From an uncultured Pseudomonadales bacterium (GTDB lineage Bacteria > Pseudomonadota > Gammaproteobacteria > Pseudomonadales > UBA7239): a stretch of 34,437 bases of DNA. Position 1 is the first letter of the stretch; each line of letters opens with the position of its first letter. The translations under genes and the position numbers were made by a program. The notes beneath the pieces were generated by a model. It had not been told where the DNA came from and did not search any database. It worked only from the letters and a program-made list of their open reading frames with translations. Shown here one piece after another: positions 8,579 through 16,800 of this stretch. The stretch covers positions 1-34,437 of the forward strand of contig CAZHQZ010000001.1 in assembly GCA_964534675.1 (NCBI GenBank), read 5' to 3'.

Positions 8579-8905
8579 ACACGCCATAACAGACTGATTT
8601 ATAAACATGTTAAGCCATTAAGCACTGCTCTATTCCCCCATAAATGCCCCCAACCTAAAATATGGCATCTATTCGATAGATGATTTCGCGCTTCCAATGC
8701 ATGAAGTCTAACCAAAAATTAATTTATATGCTTCAAACCCTATCTTTCCGCTAAAGTAAGCCATCCCACCACATCATCAAAGTGTTACGAAAAGTGGGCT
8801 GCAAAACCAATCAAGATAGACATCTACACGGGCTTGGAATAATACCTTGTAGCCTAATGAACCACATCGTCTTATTGATCTTGCCAGCTTTTCACGGCCA
8901 GTCTG

Positions 8906-9766
8906 CTAAGAGACTTTTTGTGCCTCAAACGCTTCCGGGCTGAGATAGCCTAAAAACGAATGCAGGCGTTGTCGATTGTAATAGATGTCGATGTACTCAA
9001 ACACCGCTGCCATCGCTTCAGCACGCGTGGCAAAATGTTCGCCATGTATGCTTTCCACCTTCAAGCTGTGGTTCCAACTTTCCATCGCTGCGTTATCGTA
9101 ACAATCGCCTTTTTTACTCATGCTGCACACCAGTTCGTGTTTTTGCAAAAGGCGTTGATAAGCGTGTGAGCAGTATTGGCTACCGCGATCCGAATGCACG
9201 ATCACACCTTTTGGCATTTTCCTGCGCCACAACGCCATTTTTAATGCATCCATCACCAGCGTTTTACTCATGCGGTCCGACATCGACCAACCCACCACCA
9301 GCCGCGAATGCAAATCCAGCACCACAGCGAGATACAGCCAGCCTTCACGCGTTTCAATATACGTGATGTCGCTCACCCATTTTTGATTCGGTTTTGCAGC
9401 GTAAAAATTTTGTTCCAACAGATTTTTTGCAACCGGAAGATTGTGTTTCGAGTTCGTGGTCGCTTTGAACTTGCGCGCGGCTTTTGCTACTAAACCCTGT
9501 TTTTGCATGCGTTTTGCCACACGATGCTTGCTAACGGGCATGCCTTGGTTACACAAAGCCTGTGCGATCCTTGGCGCACCCGCTCGGCCTTTTTGCGCAT
9601 GAAACACGTCGTGGATTTTTACATCCAGTTGCATATTTTCTTGCGCACGAACACTGGGTTCGCGTCGCTTCCAGTGACCGTAGCCCGAACGCGACACGCT
9701 CAATGCGCGGCACATCAAACTGATCGTATGTTGGCCTTCGTGCTGCTGGATGGTGGCGTACTTCAC
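8906..9766 (-). CDS. IS3-family transposase OrfB (DDE/rve integrase core), probably expressed as an OrfAB frameshift fusion
   Basis: DDE motifs: WVSDITYI, VHSDRGSQYCS, DNAAMESWNHSLKVE. C-terminal YYNRQRLHSFLGYLSP. Confidence 0.9.
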   Translation of the reverse strand: MKYATIQQHEGQHTISLMCRALSVSRSGYGHWKRREPSVRAQENMQLDVKIHDVFHAQKGRAGAPRIAQALCNQGMPVSKHRVAKRMQKQGLVAKAARKFKATTNSKHNLPVAKNLLEQNFYAAKPNQKWVSDITYIETREGWLYLAVVLDLHSRLVVGWSMSDRMSKTLVMDALKMALWRRKMPKGVIVHSDRGSQYCSHAYQRLLQKHELVCSMSKKGDCYDNAAMESWNHSLKVESIHGEHFATRAEAMAAVFEYIDIYYNRQRLHSFLGYLSPEAFEAQKVS

Positions 9767-10068
9767 TGAGGCTGTTTCGCGAAGTACACCGCCGCTTTTT
9801 TTAGGAAAGCGAGCTCTTCTTCCAGTTGCGTATTTTTACGCTTCAGCCGCGCCAACTCCACTTGTTGGCGATTCTGTTCTTCAAAACCCTTGCCGATACG
9901 CAGCAGCTTCTGCCGCCAGTTGTAGAGCGTGGCTTCTGATATCCCCAGCTCCATGGCCACCATGGCAACGCTTTCCTTCTCACTACGATCCACTGCCAGT
10001 TGCTTGAACTGTGGGCTATGCTGGCGGCGGGTTGGTTTGATGATGGTTACTGTCTTCTTGCTCTTCAT
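9763..10068 (-). CDS. IS3-family transposase OrfA (HTH)
   Basis: 101 aa. RRQHSPQFKQLAVDRSEK.SVAMVAMELGISEATLYNWRQK is followed by a leucine-zipper-like ELARLKRKNTQLEEELAFLKKA. It ends 4 nt inside orfB. Confidence 0.85.
   Translation of the reverse strand: MKSKKTVTIIKPTRRQHSPQFKQLAVDRSEKESVAMVAMELGISEATLYNWRQKLLRIGKGFEEQNRQQVELARLKRKNTQLEEELAFLKKAAVYFAKQPQ
9796..9802 (-). promoter_or_regulatory. Programmed -1 frameshift slippery run (A7 on the coding strand)
   Basis: The coding strand reads ttc cta aaa aaa gcg near the end of orfA. An A-AAA-AAA/G heptamer at this position is typical of IS3-family orfA-orfB junctions. Confidence 0.6.
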
Positions 10069-10125
10069 GGGTCACCTCAGGGTTAGATTACTCCCTTAGC
10101 CAGGTGGCCGAGAAACTATGGCAAG

Positions 10126-10218
10126 ATCAGTAAACTTCGTGCCCGCAAAAGACGCAACAGAAAATAAAAACAGCAATGATGCCAGCAAGATTTTTGATAC
10201 AGCAGAACGGATACTCAT
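10126..10218 (-). pseudogene. 5' remnant (signal-peptide region only) of a third Rhs-core toxin gene, abutted by the IS
   Basis: The minus strand reads MSIRSAVSKILLASLLFLFSVASFAGTKFTD, near-identical at nucleotide level to the 5' ends of 10877..11680 and 12286..13176. Homology stops at the IS. Removing the IS and one ATC copy gives ...KFTDQ-stop, so it was already truncated before insertion. Confidence 0.7.
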
Positions 10219-10290
10219 CGCAAGACCCCGTCATCTCAACCGACTGGTTGCAGACCTAGGGAAGGCGCTCCAACACACCGTCCACCACCA
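10219..10290 (-). pseudogene. Degenerate remnant of the 3' end of a paralogue of the 13173..13808 gene
   Basis: The minus-strand translation ...VLERLP*VCNQSVEMT aligns with ...MLDRLSLARSRLVELT of the 211-aa protein. It has an in-frame stop and a 1-nt frame difference at the ATGA junction. Confidence 0.4.
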
Positions 10291-10428
10291 TACTCTGCAG
10301 CATACAAAATACTTGATTAACGCCAAGCTCAAGCACCAACTTCTCTATCAAACTACTATGTTCTCTATATTTAGCAGAACCCACTCTGTATAGATTCAGA
10401 AGATAAAGACCCTAAAGCATGCGAATAT

Positions 10429-10872
10429 CTAGTCATCCTGATATTTGCATTCTGGATCGTTATAAAGATTTTTATTAGCATAAGCAGCATTATCTTTCAT
10501 AAAACTTGAAAATGCCTCTCTGTCAACTTGATATGCATATCCCCCCCGTTCGAAAACACCATTTCTGTCAATATGGATAGTCTCCTTATCAAAAAGAGCC
10601 TTGACTCTAACTAGAGATCCGTCAAATACTTCTGTCGTTTTTTTGCTGGAAACAACAACCCCATAAATCACCATAATCTTATTTTTTACATCTGTAGAAT
10701 ACTTTATTTTGTAGTCGCAAAATATATCATCCTGAGTAACAGGAGTATAAGTTTCCACAGAAAATGGAATGTAATAAACAGTCATAGAGCCTGGCTCGTA
10801 AACAGAGCAAGAAACACCAGAAAAAATTAAAGCAGCCGCCACAAGCGATTTTTTTTTCATAACCTTTACCAT
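10429..10872 (-). CDS. Exported small protein, putative immunity protein for the metallopeptidase toxin
   Basis: N-terminus MVKVMKKKSLVAAALIFSGVSC is a signal peptide with a non-canonical lipobox. It starts 4 nt after the stop of the toxin gene. The track start 10938 overlaps the toxin gene; the alternative ATG is at 10860. Confidence 0.6.
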   Translation of the reverse strand: MVKVMKKKSLVAAALIFSGVSCSVYEPGSMTVYYIPFSVETYTPVTQDDIFCDYKIKYSTDVKNKIMVIYGVVVSSKKTTEVFDGSLVRVKALFDKETIHIDRNGVFERGGYAYQVDREAFSSFMKDNAAYANKNLYNDPECKYQDD

Positions 10873-10876
10873 GCGA

Positions 10877-11680
10877 CTATTTATATTTTGTTCTTTCTGG
10901 ATAACCAAGTTCACGCCTGATTGGGTTTTCATTTTCATTTACATTATCCATATTATCCAAACCAACATCGAGTGTATAAGTTGCAGCATGACCAATTTCA
11001 TGACCAAGCAATATAGACAAAGGAGTAGATTTTTTTCCTTCTGTTGTCTGAACTTTTGCAGACCAATTCGGATCAATTGAGATAACTTTATCAACAAAAT
11101 CGTAACTCGCCTTGTTTTTTATGTCTGCATCGGTAATTTTATAATGGACATCCTTCCCCGAAGAATCTTTGTCCGTATCAAGTTTGTTGTATAGCCTTCG
11201 TCCATGCTCACTCTTCATAAGCTCTGCAATCGCAGACCTAAAGACAGCATCGTTTCCTTGAGACCACGCAAACTCAACTTTCCGCCCATCAGGATCAACA
11301 AACTTGTACGGATTATTGTTGGCATAGGCATACCGATTAAATGACATCGGATTCTTTTCAGTAAAACGCACAGGATCGTCTGATAAAAATATACTTAACG
11401 CAGGATCGTAATAACGCGCACCGGCATATACCAAATCCGGTTTGTCTTCTACATGGCCGGTGTAACCAATACGATTATCCCGATCATTGCCGCTCGCTTT
11501 GCCATACGGCTGATACGTTTTGCGCCATATCACGTCACCTGCCTGATTCATCGCTACCACTGGCGAACCCAGAGCATCGTTAACGTAAGACGTAAACTTC
11601 GTGTCGGCAAAAGACGTAACAGAAAATAAAAACAGTGATGATGCTAACAAGATTTTTGATACAGCAGGACGGATACTCAT
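10877..11680 (-). CDS. Signal peptide + C-terminal half of Rhs core domain + HExxH metallopeptidase-type toxin domain
   Basis: Signal peptide MSIRPAVSKILLASSLFLFSVTSFA|DTKF. Core: ALGSPVVAMNQAGDVIWRKTYQPYGK...YTGHVEDKPDLVYAGARYYDPALSIFLSDDPV...NRYAYANNNPYKFVDPDGR. Variable C-terminus with LLGHEIGHAATY. Confidence 0.8.
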   Translation of the reverse strand: MSIRPAVSKILLASSLFLFSVTSFADTKFTSYVNDALGSPVVAMNQAGDVIWRKTYQPYGKASGNDRDNRIGYTGHVEDKPDLVYAGARYYDPALSIFLSDDPVRFTEKNPMSFNRYAYANNNPYKFVDPDGRKVEFAWSQGNDAVFRSAIAELMKSEHGRRLYNKLDTDKDSSGKDVHYKITDADIKNKASYDFVDKVISIDPNWSAKVQTTEGKKSTPLSILLGHEIGHAATYTLDVGLDNMDNVNENENPIRRELGYPERTKYK

Positions 11681-11846
11681 TGTAATTTCTCCGTTAACTC
11701 AACTAACCGACTACGCGCCAGTGAAAGCCGATCCAGCATGCTACTGACGGCGGCATCCTGCAATTTTTCTTTCATCAATCTTTGCCTGATAACAACCATC
11801 TGTTTTAGAAACGGATCCTGCTCATAATGCGCGTTGATTGGCACAT
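11285..11846. repeat. 562-bp direct repeat, copy B (toxin 5' half plus upstream gene 3' end)
   Basis: Aligns colinearly with 12781-13342 at a constant offset of 1496 nt, with only scattered substitutions by eye. Similarity ends abruptly at both borders. Confidence 0.85.
11681..11846 (-). pseudogene. Duplicated 3' fragment of the 13173..13808 gene (no start, non-functional copy)
   Basis: Near-identical to 13177-13342, which encodes the C-terminus ...HYEQDPFLKQMIVIRQRLMKEKLQDAAVSSMLDRLSLARSRLVELTEKLQ. Its distal 25 nt now provide the last codons and stop of the immunity ORF 11822..12283. Confidence 0.7.
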
Positions 11847-12283
11847 GAATCAGTCACAAGAATAGCCTCTTCGTATCCATCCAACTCTTGGCTCACCCAA
11901 GACTCACCGTCACGAACAACATGAAACTTAACCAAAGCCCCCGATCCATCGCTAGAAATAATCGCCAAGATAGGACTGCTTGCAAAACTTTTTTTCCAAG
12001 CACTAAACAATGCCTCTACAAAAAGACACGCAGTAACGATATAGTCATGCTGAGTATAATCATCAATATGAATAGAATTAATGAAGCACTCATACCCTGT
12101 ATTATCTGGAAAATCATCTTTAGATACATTTGTATCAAGCTTTGCAAGAGATGCCAATAAGATACAGCCATCTCGATTAATGAAACCGAGATCAAGAATA
12201 TGAGAAAGCTCTGGCGGCAAGCCCTTACCCTCCCAACTCAAATTCTGCATTTCATTAACCATTTTTTTATTCATCTTAAACAC
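11822..12283 (-). CDS. Cytoplasmic small protein, putative immunity protein for the 296-aa toxin
   Basis: 153-aa ORF with a GTG start 2 nt after the toxin stop, preceded by AGGGGAA. No signal peptide, acidic. Its position is typical of toxin-immunity pairs. Confidence 0.6.
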   Translation of the reverse strand: MFKMNKKMVNEMQNLSWEGKGLPPELSHILDLGFINRDGCILLASLAKLDTNVSKDDFPDNTGYECFINSIHIDDYTQHDYIVTACLFVEALFSAWKKSFASSPILAIISSDGSGALVKFHVVRDGESWVSQELDGYEEAILVTDSCANQRAL

Positions 12284-12285
12284 GA

Positions 12286-13176
12286 CTATTCCCCTAAATA
12301 TTTAGTCATGCCTTTTTTAATGGCATTTTGGAATTCAGTATCCTCCAACAAACCATTCACAGATTTAGGGGCATCTGGAAAAGAATTTGTTTTAGGGTCA
12401 TACAGGTATTTGTTACCCGCGTTATCCTGATAATGCAGTTGCCCAGCACGCTGACCAGGATTGGGATTTTCCACATCAATTCGCGCCTTTCCTTCACCCT
12501 TCCAAAGTGTTTTGCTAAAAGTTTGAACGCCTCGCTCTCCTAGCATTCCTCCCTTTGCAGCAACCACCCCTTTTCCTATGATCTTAACTACTCCACCTAG
12601 AACAACCTCTGCGGGAACAAAACTTGTTGCATCTTCAAATGCAGAGGAAGCGAACCCAGCACCTTCGCCGTTATAACCGTCTACTAATGCTCCTCCAAGG
12701 TTGTTTGCATTAAACCCATTTCCACTTATGAGCTGACCGGTTTCATACAACAAACCACCGAATGCTGTAACCGCATTTTGCCCATCTGGATCAACAAATT
12801 TATACGGATTATTGTTGGCATAGGCATACCGATTAAATGACATCGGATTCTTTTCAGTAAAACGTACAGGATCGTCTGACAGTAATATTCCCAAAGCAGG
12901 ATCGTAATAACGTGCGCCTGCATACACCAGATCGGGCTTGTCTTCTACATGGCCGGTATAGCCAATACGGTTATCCCGATCATTGCCGCTCGCTTTGCCA
13001 TACGGCTGATACGTTTTACGCCATATCACATCACCTGCTTGGTTCATCGCCACAACGGGCGAACCTAACGCATCATTGACGTAAGACGTAAACTTCGTGT
13101 CTGCAAAAGACGTAACAGAAAATAAAACCAGCAACGATGCCAGCAAGATTTTGAATACAGCAGAACGGATACTCAT
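12286..13176 (-). CDS. Signal peptide + C-terminal half of Rhs core domain + unassigned C-terminal toxin domain (possible pre-toxin TG linker)
   Basis: Signal peptide MSIRSAVFKILLASLLVLFSVTSFA|DTKF. Same core as 10877..11680 up to NNNPYKFVDPDGQ. Then a Gly-rich AFGGLLYETGQLISG segment and a unique C-terminus (GKARIDVENPNPGQRAGQLHYQD...). The ATG overlaps the upstream stop (ATGA). Confidence 0.8.
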   Translation of the reverse strand: MSIRSAVFKILLASLLVLFSVTSFADTKFTSYVNDALGSPVVAMNQAGDVIWRKTYQPYGKASGNDRDNRIGYTGHVEDKPDLVYAGARYYDPALGILLSDDPVRFTEKNPMSFNRYAYANNNPYKFVDPDGQNAVTAFGGLLYETGQLISGNGFNANNLGGALVDGYNGEGAGFASSAFEDATSFVPAEVVLGGVVKIIGKGVVAAKGGMLGERGVQTFSKTLWKGEGKARIDVENPNPGQRAGQLHYQDNAGNKYLYDPKTNSFPDAPKSVNGLLEDTEFQNAIKKGMTKYLGE

Positions 13177-13342
13177 TGTAATTTCTCCGTTAACTCAACC
13201 AACCGACTACGCGCCAGTGAAAGCCGATCCAGCATGCTACTGACAGCAGCATCCTGCAATTTTTCTTTCATCAATCTTTGCCTGATAACAATCATCTGTT
13301 TTAGAAACGGATCCTGCTCATAATGCGCATTGATTGGCACAT
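12781..13342. repeat. 562-bp direct repeat, copy A
   Basis: Partner of 11285-11846. Spans codons 1 to ~132 of the 296-aa toxin gene plus the last ~166 nt of the 13173..13808 gene. Confidence 0.85.
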
Positions 13343-13808
13343 AATTTTCTGCCCTGCAACCCAGATAGGCGTACACAGTTTGATCCAGTGCCGCTAGTGC
13401 CAAACCACGTTGCTGTTCTTGTACTTCTGAACCCGGCTGAGAGGCTTTGATGGCTTCTAGGTTCATGCGGGCATCATTCATGCCCTGATTGAGTTGCTGG
13501 TTGAGTGTCGCATCCTTGGACAGCTGAATTAATCCGAAACTGACACTACTGTTTGAATGAGTAAGTGTTTTGCCTTGCGGCACCATCATCGTGCGGGCGG
13601 CAGATTGCCCAGATAGCGTCGTTGCCTGAGTGTTGCGCAATCTCAAAACTTCACTGGCACGGCTATATTGCCGCTGCAACGCCTGATTACGCTGGATGAG
13701 TGCGTCCGATGCTTCTTCCGAGTGCGCCGCTGGTGTGGTAATCGTAAAAATCACTGCCCCAACGACTGCCAGCCCCTGATGCACAACGACTCTCATTATT
13801 CTGTTCAT
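13173..13808 (-). CDS. Exported coiled-coil protein of unknown function, translationally coupled on both sides
   Basis: The start MNRIMRVVVHQGLAVVGAVIFTITTPAAHS|EE (signal peptide) uses the ATG at 13808, which overlaps the TGA of the giant gene (ATGA). Its own TGA overlaps the ATG of the toxin gene (ATGA). Gln/Leu-rich, heptad-like sequence. Confidence 0.7.
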   Translation of the reverse strand: MNRIMRVVVHQGLAVVGAVIFTITTPAAHSEEASDALIQRNQALQRQYSRASEVLRLRNTQATTLSGQSAARTMMVPQGKTLTHSNSSVSFGLIQLSKDATLNQQLNQGMNDARMNLEAIKASQPGSEVQEQQRGLALAALDQTVYAYLGCRAENYVPINAHYEQDPFLKQMIVIRQRLMKEKLQDAAVSSMLDRLSLARSRLVELTEKLQ

Positions 13809-16800
13809 AAGCAATCCCAATAGGTTGCAACAAGAGATGTGTTCTGAATTAAGGTTGGCTCAACTCCTCCAGTCGCGGCTATCAAGCCCTGTAAAGCCGA
13901 GCGGTTAATGCTGCAAGTTCCCGCTTTAATACGCTCCAATTGACTATCAGGATTACCCCAATCCGCTACCACAAAGTAATGTTGGCTACCCCGCTCATGA
14001 ATGATCAGACTGTCACCTTGTTGTTCCATCCATAGTTGGTTAGCGCGCAGCAACCCTGTCAATTGCATCGTATCTCTACCCGTGCCGCCTACCGTATATA
14101 TTGTTGTCCACGCGTCGTCTGCCATTTGATACAGGTCATTGCCTGGACCTCCATACAACGCACTATGGCCATAAGGCCCTCTGGCTATCAGCGTGTCATC
14201 ACCATCCTCTCCATACAGTGTTTGGCCACCCCAGCCGCCTTCCAGTGTGTCATTACCATCACCGCCATAAATGACATCGGCGCTTCCATTGGCGCTGTAT
14301 ATCACATCATTTCCAGCATCTCCGTACAAAACATCATCCCCCCAACTACCTGTAATGTGATCATTACCATCACCTCCATGAATGGTGCCACCATCGTAAG
14401 CAACTAAAATATCGTCAGCAAAAAGAGGATTCGCGTCATCTAACAATGCATCAGTCAAAACACGATTTTTGATGCAGTGCTGCACGCCAGTAAAGTCGAT
14501 ACAGCTGCCATCCCAGGTCACCCCATTAATGACAATATCCAACTCTGAAAAATTATAAGGAGGGTTATCAAAGAAACTCAGCACACGGGTAGTCGAAGCA
14601 TTGCTGCCATCGTTAATTTTGACGATTAAATCCATATTGGATCGCAACATCTGCACTTGTGAATCTGTTACGCCACTTAACATGACAATACGATCATGCG
14701 GCGCTCCCACTCCTAAAAAAGAACCAGTGGTTACATCCAAATTTTCAATGGTCGTATTGCCGCTGTTAGCATCCAACTCATAGGTATCTGCACCCGCCCC
14801 ACCCGATATCCAGTTATTACCGGAGCCGGGATTTAATACATCATCACCGCTGTCTCCCATGAGCTGATCATCACCGGAACCGCCATTCAAAATATCATTT
14901 CCGCCCCAACCGAATGCAATATCATTTCCCGATGTGCCTACAAATGTATTGGGTTCATCACAGGTAGTAGAACAACCACTAACCATTTTTACCTTTGTAA
15001 TGATGGCTTGCTTATCTAGCGGAAGATCCGACTGAGCACCATTAGCGGCTTTAAACTCGATATGATCAAAATTTGCCACCCCGTTTGGAACGCCAAGCTC
15101 GACGCTTGTGTACTGATCGTTGGCAAAAAAACCTAACAAACGAATTTCATCTGTTGTTGTAGGTTTTATAAGAAGATCCAAGCCATCTCGCTGAAAACTT
15201 GTCGTTGCTTGTGTAATGCCAGCGCCTAGCTGCAACGTATCCCCACTAGCCAGTTCAGGCACAAGCTCAACAACATCTCGTCCATCACCAACATTAAACT
15301 TGATCGTATCCGACCCATCACCTGTACGTAGCAGATCATTACCACCGAATCCTTCAAACACTTCAGGTATAGAATCTTCTCCTGACAACGTTTCATTCCG
15401 ACCATAACTGGCGTTGCCGCTAATAATGCCGCTGGTTACAGAAGGCACCAGCTCTACTACTGCTCTGTAACCATCCTGGCTACTGGTTGTTTCGCGATCA
15501 GCTACACGGTAACTGAATGTCAAAGGCGAGGTATAAGGTTGTGGAAACTCTGTGCCGATGGATCCATTACCCGGTGAATTCCAGTAGTTTTCATACCACG
15601 GCGAATCGGCTGCATTATCATTCAGCGGTGATAGTGAGGCCGTATTAAGATACAGCGCCCTCCTAGCTGGATTAAAATCATTGGCCAGAAGATCTTTTTC
15701 ATTAATCCACCGATACTGCGCAGCAGGCATCACAAAGAAATCATCAACCGCAACATAATTTGTAACCGTTGCACCAAAGGCAATGTAGTTCATTGCATGG
15801 CGATAAACATCTTTGGCGTAATCAATCAACATTAAGTTGTCAGTGGCGTCTGACAAGCCAACAGAAAGATTATCGCCTTCAATTGCGAAACGAACGGTAT
15901 CCGGCGGTTGCGTGCTATTAAGCTGCAACTTATCTTCGCGATTCGATGTTGCATCCTCAAAATAAGCAATATCAAATCCACTACCTTTGCTGAAGAGCAA
16001 CGTGTCATTACCATGACCATCCAGCAAAATATCATTACCGAATCCACCACTATAAAAACCATTATTTGCGGCATCATCAATAGCAATAACACCCGCATGG
16101 TCAGTAGCATATGATGCTAAATTCGTTCCAGTAGGCAGTAATTTTATATTGATCACCCCTTTTTTGGTTGCATTGCTACCATCACGCACAGTGATAGAAA
16201 AAGTAGAGTTATTCGTGGGGGGCGTGTAAGAATAACTAAGCGTATTGTTGGCGTATGTCAATACACCAGCACTATAGCTAGGCAGATCACTCACACTGCT
16301 AATATCAAGCGTTGCTAGAGACAATCCTGCCGGATCTGCCATAGCCAACACCCATTTCTTGCCGACACTGAATCCTGCGTGTGCCAATACGCTAATTTGA
16401 AAGCTGTCAGCAGAGTTGATGGGGCTAGTCGCGTTGGTCACTTCTAGTCCATCATTTACGCCGTCACCATCGGTATCCAACAACAATGGATTAGATCCCA
16501 TTGCACTTTCTACGCCATCATTAAGGCCATCTCCATCAGTATCCTTAACAAGAGGATTGGTTCCCAGATTACTTTCATCTCGATCAGATAATCCATCACT
16601 GTCAGAGTCTGTATCACCAAGATAACGGAATAGAGAAAAATCATCATTACCAGAGGAATTGCTATAACCGGCAACGACAAATTTTCCATCTACCTGCTTG
16701 ATCATCGATTGCATTGTTCCAGTTGATGAATCAAATGGGGTCGTAACAATTCCATCATCATCAAATTCCGTATCTAGCTCTCCACTGTCGTTAAATTTCA

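Larger units (their letters stand above)
8881..10125 (-). mobile_element. IS3-family insertion sequence (1245 bp)
   Basis: Imperfect terminal inverted repeats: CTTGCCAGCTTTTCACGGCCAGTCTGCTAAG at 8881, versus the reverse complement of the right end, CTTGCCATAGTTTCTCGGCCACCTGGCTAAG, ending at 10125. Flanking 3-bp direct repeat ATC (8878-8880 and 10126-10128). Two overlapping transposase ORFs. Confidence 0.9.

Noticed and set aside
8522-8700. tRNA on the minus strand reading into the right att repeat (the usual arrangement next to P4-type integrases)
   Set aside because: The reverse complement (..GGATGAGCTTACCTCCACCA..) has a CCA-like end, but the preceding sequence cannot form T- or acceptor stems. 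The downstream 150 nt are AT-rich and unstructured.
10118-10393. Track ORF of 91 aa on the plus strand
   Set aside because: It lies antisense to the toxin 5' remnant and the paralogue remnant, begins inside the IS terminal repeat, has no SD, and its sequence is explained by the minus-strand homology.
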